This document shows positions 61,121 through 64,000 of a stretch of DNA of 64,000 nt, one piece after another. The DNA is from Lama glama (taxonomy: Eukaryota), in NCBI GenBank assembly GCA_028534125.1, contig CM052816.1, forward strand, positions 80,044,001-80,108,000, read 5' to 3'. Both the position numbers and the translations under genes were made by a program. The notes beneath the pieces were generated by a model. That model was not told where the DNA came from and made no database searches. It saw nothing but the letters and a program-made list of their open reading frames with translations. Positions within the stretch are counted from its first letter, which is position 1. Every line of letters begins with the position of its first letter.

Positions 61121-63753
61121 GAGTTTGGGATGGATTCTTAGAGTCCTATGGACACTCAGTTTTGTTGATGGGTGAGAGGTTGTGATTCACACCTAGAAAA
61201 AGCCCCTTCTGGACTCTCATGGAATTTCTAGAATTGCAAATGGATGGGAGTGTACCTGGTGATAGTTTTTATGATTTTTGTAGTCTAGACAACCAGTATG
61301 GGTGAAAATTATCTTAAAGAGATTACTGCCAAGAGATCACCCAAATATTCTATTTACCTATAATTACATCTTCTAGTTATATGGAACAGTGTAATCACAT
61401 GGCGTTGAATCAAGAATTTATAAAAATTGCACTGAACCCATGTTCTGTACTTGGAAAAAACAGAATAAAATAAGACTTTGGGTGGTTGTTGTGTGTGTGT
61501 TTTTTTTTCTCCTTATTCCATCATTAGTAATTTTCAGTTTGTTTGGATTCCCTGCACCTCTCCCCTTCCAGCTACCTTTAAGAGTTCCTCTTTTTGTCCC
61601 TTATAGAAGCAGAGATAATATACTAAGTCTGACTATTCAAAAGTGAATAGCCGTCTTCCTTTGTAAATAATGATTTCAGCTCAAATCTCCTTACTCATAA
61701 ACACCGGGCTTCCTGATCCCCAGGTCCCTTTTTGTATCAGATTTCTCTTTAGGGAATCTATTCGTAATCCTTCTCCAGAAAGCAGTTCTACTTCTGGAAA
61801 AAAATCAGTCAGAGGGAAGCACAAGTCAATCTACCAGAAATGCAGCTGGAATTTAGATGCTGTTTCAATCAGAGGAGCCTTCATGTTTATTTTATGTTTT
61901 TCAGTCAACAAAGATTCTATGATTGTACTTTAAGGGCAAAAGGTACACAATAGAATCAGAATTCTTAAGAATTATTCCAAGCCACACAGAGACTTTCTAG
62001 TGAGTGAATGTGTGATGTACAACATCCCCTGAAGACAAATCTCCACTGTGGGTTATGGACGATGCTCCAGGAATATGTTCTCACGTCAGGAAGAGCCATT
62101 ACGCACCAATATGCTGGTACTCATTTTCAGGGGCTAGTGGTTTGAGTCTGTGATGTGTTTATTTTCCTACACAAAAATGCAGTGGGTTACATAACCTCTG
62201 CAGTGGGCAGTCTTAGAATTCCCATGGTACAATGGCTCATTCTTTTAAAAATGCATTAAATATGAATTAACCACTTCTCATTAATAACAGTATACATTAT
62301 TTTCTTGCTACCCTCTATTCTTTTCCTTTCTCCTCCATGTAGTTCTGTTTTCTGTTTCCGGCCCCTTGCCTACATTAATTTTCATTGCTTTTAGGGCTTA
62401 CTCACACAGCTCTTTTTAGTCCCCTTTGTAACAACTCCAACACATTTCCTTTTACATTTGTGACTGTTGCAACTTTCCTCCCTTGTTTTTTCTACCAGAA
62501 CTTGTTTATTTTTGTTTTTCTCCCAGTGGTCTAATTTCTCTCCCTGCTGATCACATTTAATTGAGGTTTGCTGCGTGGTTAAGATGGAGAAAGTCTTTTC
62601 TTCTCATGCCCAAAAAGGAAATGTTATTTTCAGTTTGTATAGTTTTAGTTTATCTTAGATTACTGCCTCTGTTGTATAGAACTCTCAGCTCTTTTTTTTT
62701 TTTTTAAATAAACCCCATCAAGGAACAGTTTGCTTTCTTAAACATTGGGGAACAATCTGATCACTAGCTTCACCCCCTTTTTCTCTCTCCCTGCTTCTGC
62801 TCTTTATGGATGTTTTGAGCTAGAATTCACCCTTCTGGTCAAAGGGGAACTTGGTGGCCCTAAATTCACTAATCCGAATGCAAAAGATGTTTAAAGAGAG
62901 GTGTTAATCTCAAATGATCACCCTGAGAGGTTTTCTCATTTGTGGAATAAGAACCCCAAGTGGCATTGAAAGGAATTCTGGAACAGTGAATAGCTGTGAG
63001 ATGTGGTTTGCATGGGGAACAGTTCACTCTGCCGGTGAGTCTGCCTCACTAGACGTGTGTCTCTCTTTCACAGGCTCTTTGGAACCTAGCTACCCCTGTG
63101 AGGGGAACATCTTACACTTTTTTAAGGTCTTGCTTAAGTCCATCCTTAAATGAGTGCGTGTGAGGGATCATATGAATTCGAAAATGTAGAGTATCTCAGA
63201 CTCTCCACTGAGTCATTTCCTTATTTTTATTAATTGGCTTAAACCCAACTACAGAATGGAAAGCTATTTTTATGCATTTGCTCACGACTGAGAGATCTAA
63301 CACAAGACTTAAGCAACACAATCTGCCAGTTTAAAACAGAAAAAAAAATGCCTTACTATATTCCTTTTAATGAGGCTGACAATATGTTTCACATTTTGAG
63401 ATCATCTTTGCCTTCTAAAACATTCATAGGTAGGTTACAGAACACCTTCGGGGGATGTATTAGTGCTTGCAGATAAAGGGAACATTCTCTCTATCATTTC
63501 CCCTCTGTGGAGGCTTCCTTGGGGGTATTTTTTGCTTAATTTCATGGTCTGATGGATGGAAGCTCTATCAAGCACAAGTGCTCTGTAATAAAATGTGATT
63601 CATCTCTTTACTCCATTGTCAAAACCGTAAAGGCAGTCACTCAGGTGAGTGACTGACTCAGTAACTGCCCAACATGTTCTTTATTGAAATTATCCGGCAA
63701 TTGAGAAATTTGAAGTAAAATAACCCATGAAGTCATCCTGACCCAGCTATTCT

Positions 63754-63917
63754 TTTTTTTTTTTCTTCTTTTGACTTCTTTTTTATGGAAGTCAGTTACA
63801 ATGTGTCAATTTCTGGTGTACGGCATTATGTTTGCTTTCATGGTCTTTTTCATTATAGGTTACTACAAGATATTGAGTATATATAGTTCCCTGTGCTATA
63901 CAGAAAAAACTTGTTGT
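63754..63917 (-). mobile_element. Truncated L1 3' end
   Basis: T tail, then tgtgtcaatttctggtgta..atagttccctgtgctatacag (same family as 57861-58075); near-TSD ctgacccagctattct / ctgccctagctattct. Confidence 0.85.
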
Positions 63918-64000
63918 CTGCCCTAGCTATTCTGGGCCAGGGTAAGGGTCTTTTCTGGGAGTATTTTTCTATCAATTTAGTTTTGTAACCATCAGTCATA

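Noticed and set aside
1..64000. A previously undescribed multi-gene biological system
   Set aside because: Only 36 nt of host coding sequence is supportable; the rest is explained by intron, promoter, intergenic DNA and familiar repeat classes.

Overview
Mammalian genomic DNA, very probably camelid (a tRNA-derived SINE matching the camelid Vic-1 family sits at ~28.5 kb). The window holds the 5' end of RAI14 (ankycorbin/NORPEG) on the minus strand: a CpG-island promoter with a non-coding first exon at ~36.2-37.6 kb, a ~22.5 kb first intron, and the first coding exon at 14619-14701 (MKSLKAKFRKSD). Intron 2 runs off the left edge, and ~26 kb of upstream intergenic DNA lies to the right. The rest is mostly interspersed repeats (L1, L2, L3/CR1, MIR, MaLR and ERV1 LTRs, hAT and Tigger MITEs) plus a 100-N scaffold gap. 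Nearly all ORFs in the supplied track are spurious. I found no evidence of a novel multi-gene system. The most interesting signals are two minimal uORFs in the RAI14 leader (one created only by the exon1-exon2 junction), a decayed counterpart of a human alternative coding first exon, a sense-oriented retrocopied mRNA 3' end in intron 1, and a nested LTR cluster upstream of the promoter. Gene and repeat family names come from my recollection of consensus sequences, not from any search; repeat boundaries without target-site duplications (TSDs) are approximate.
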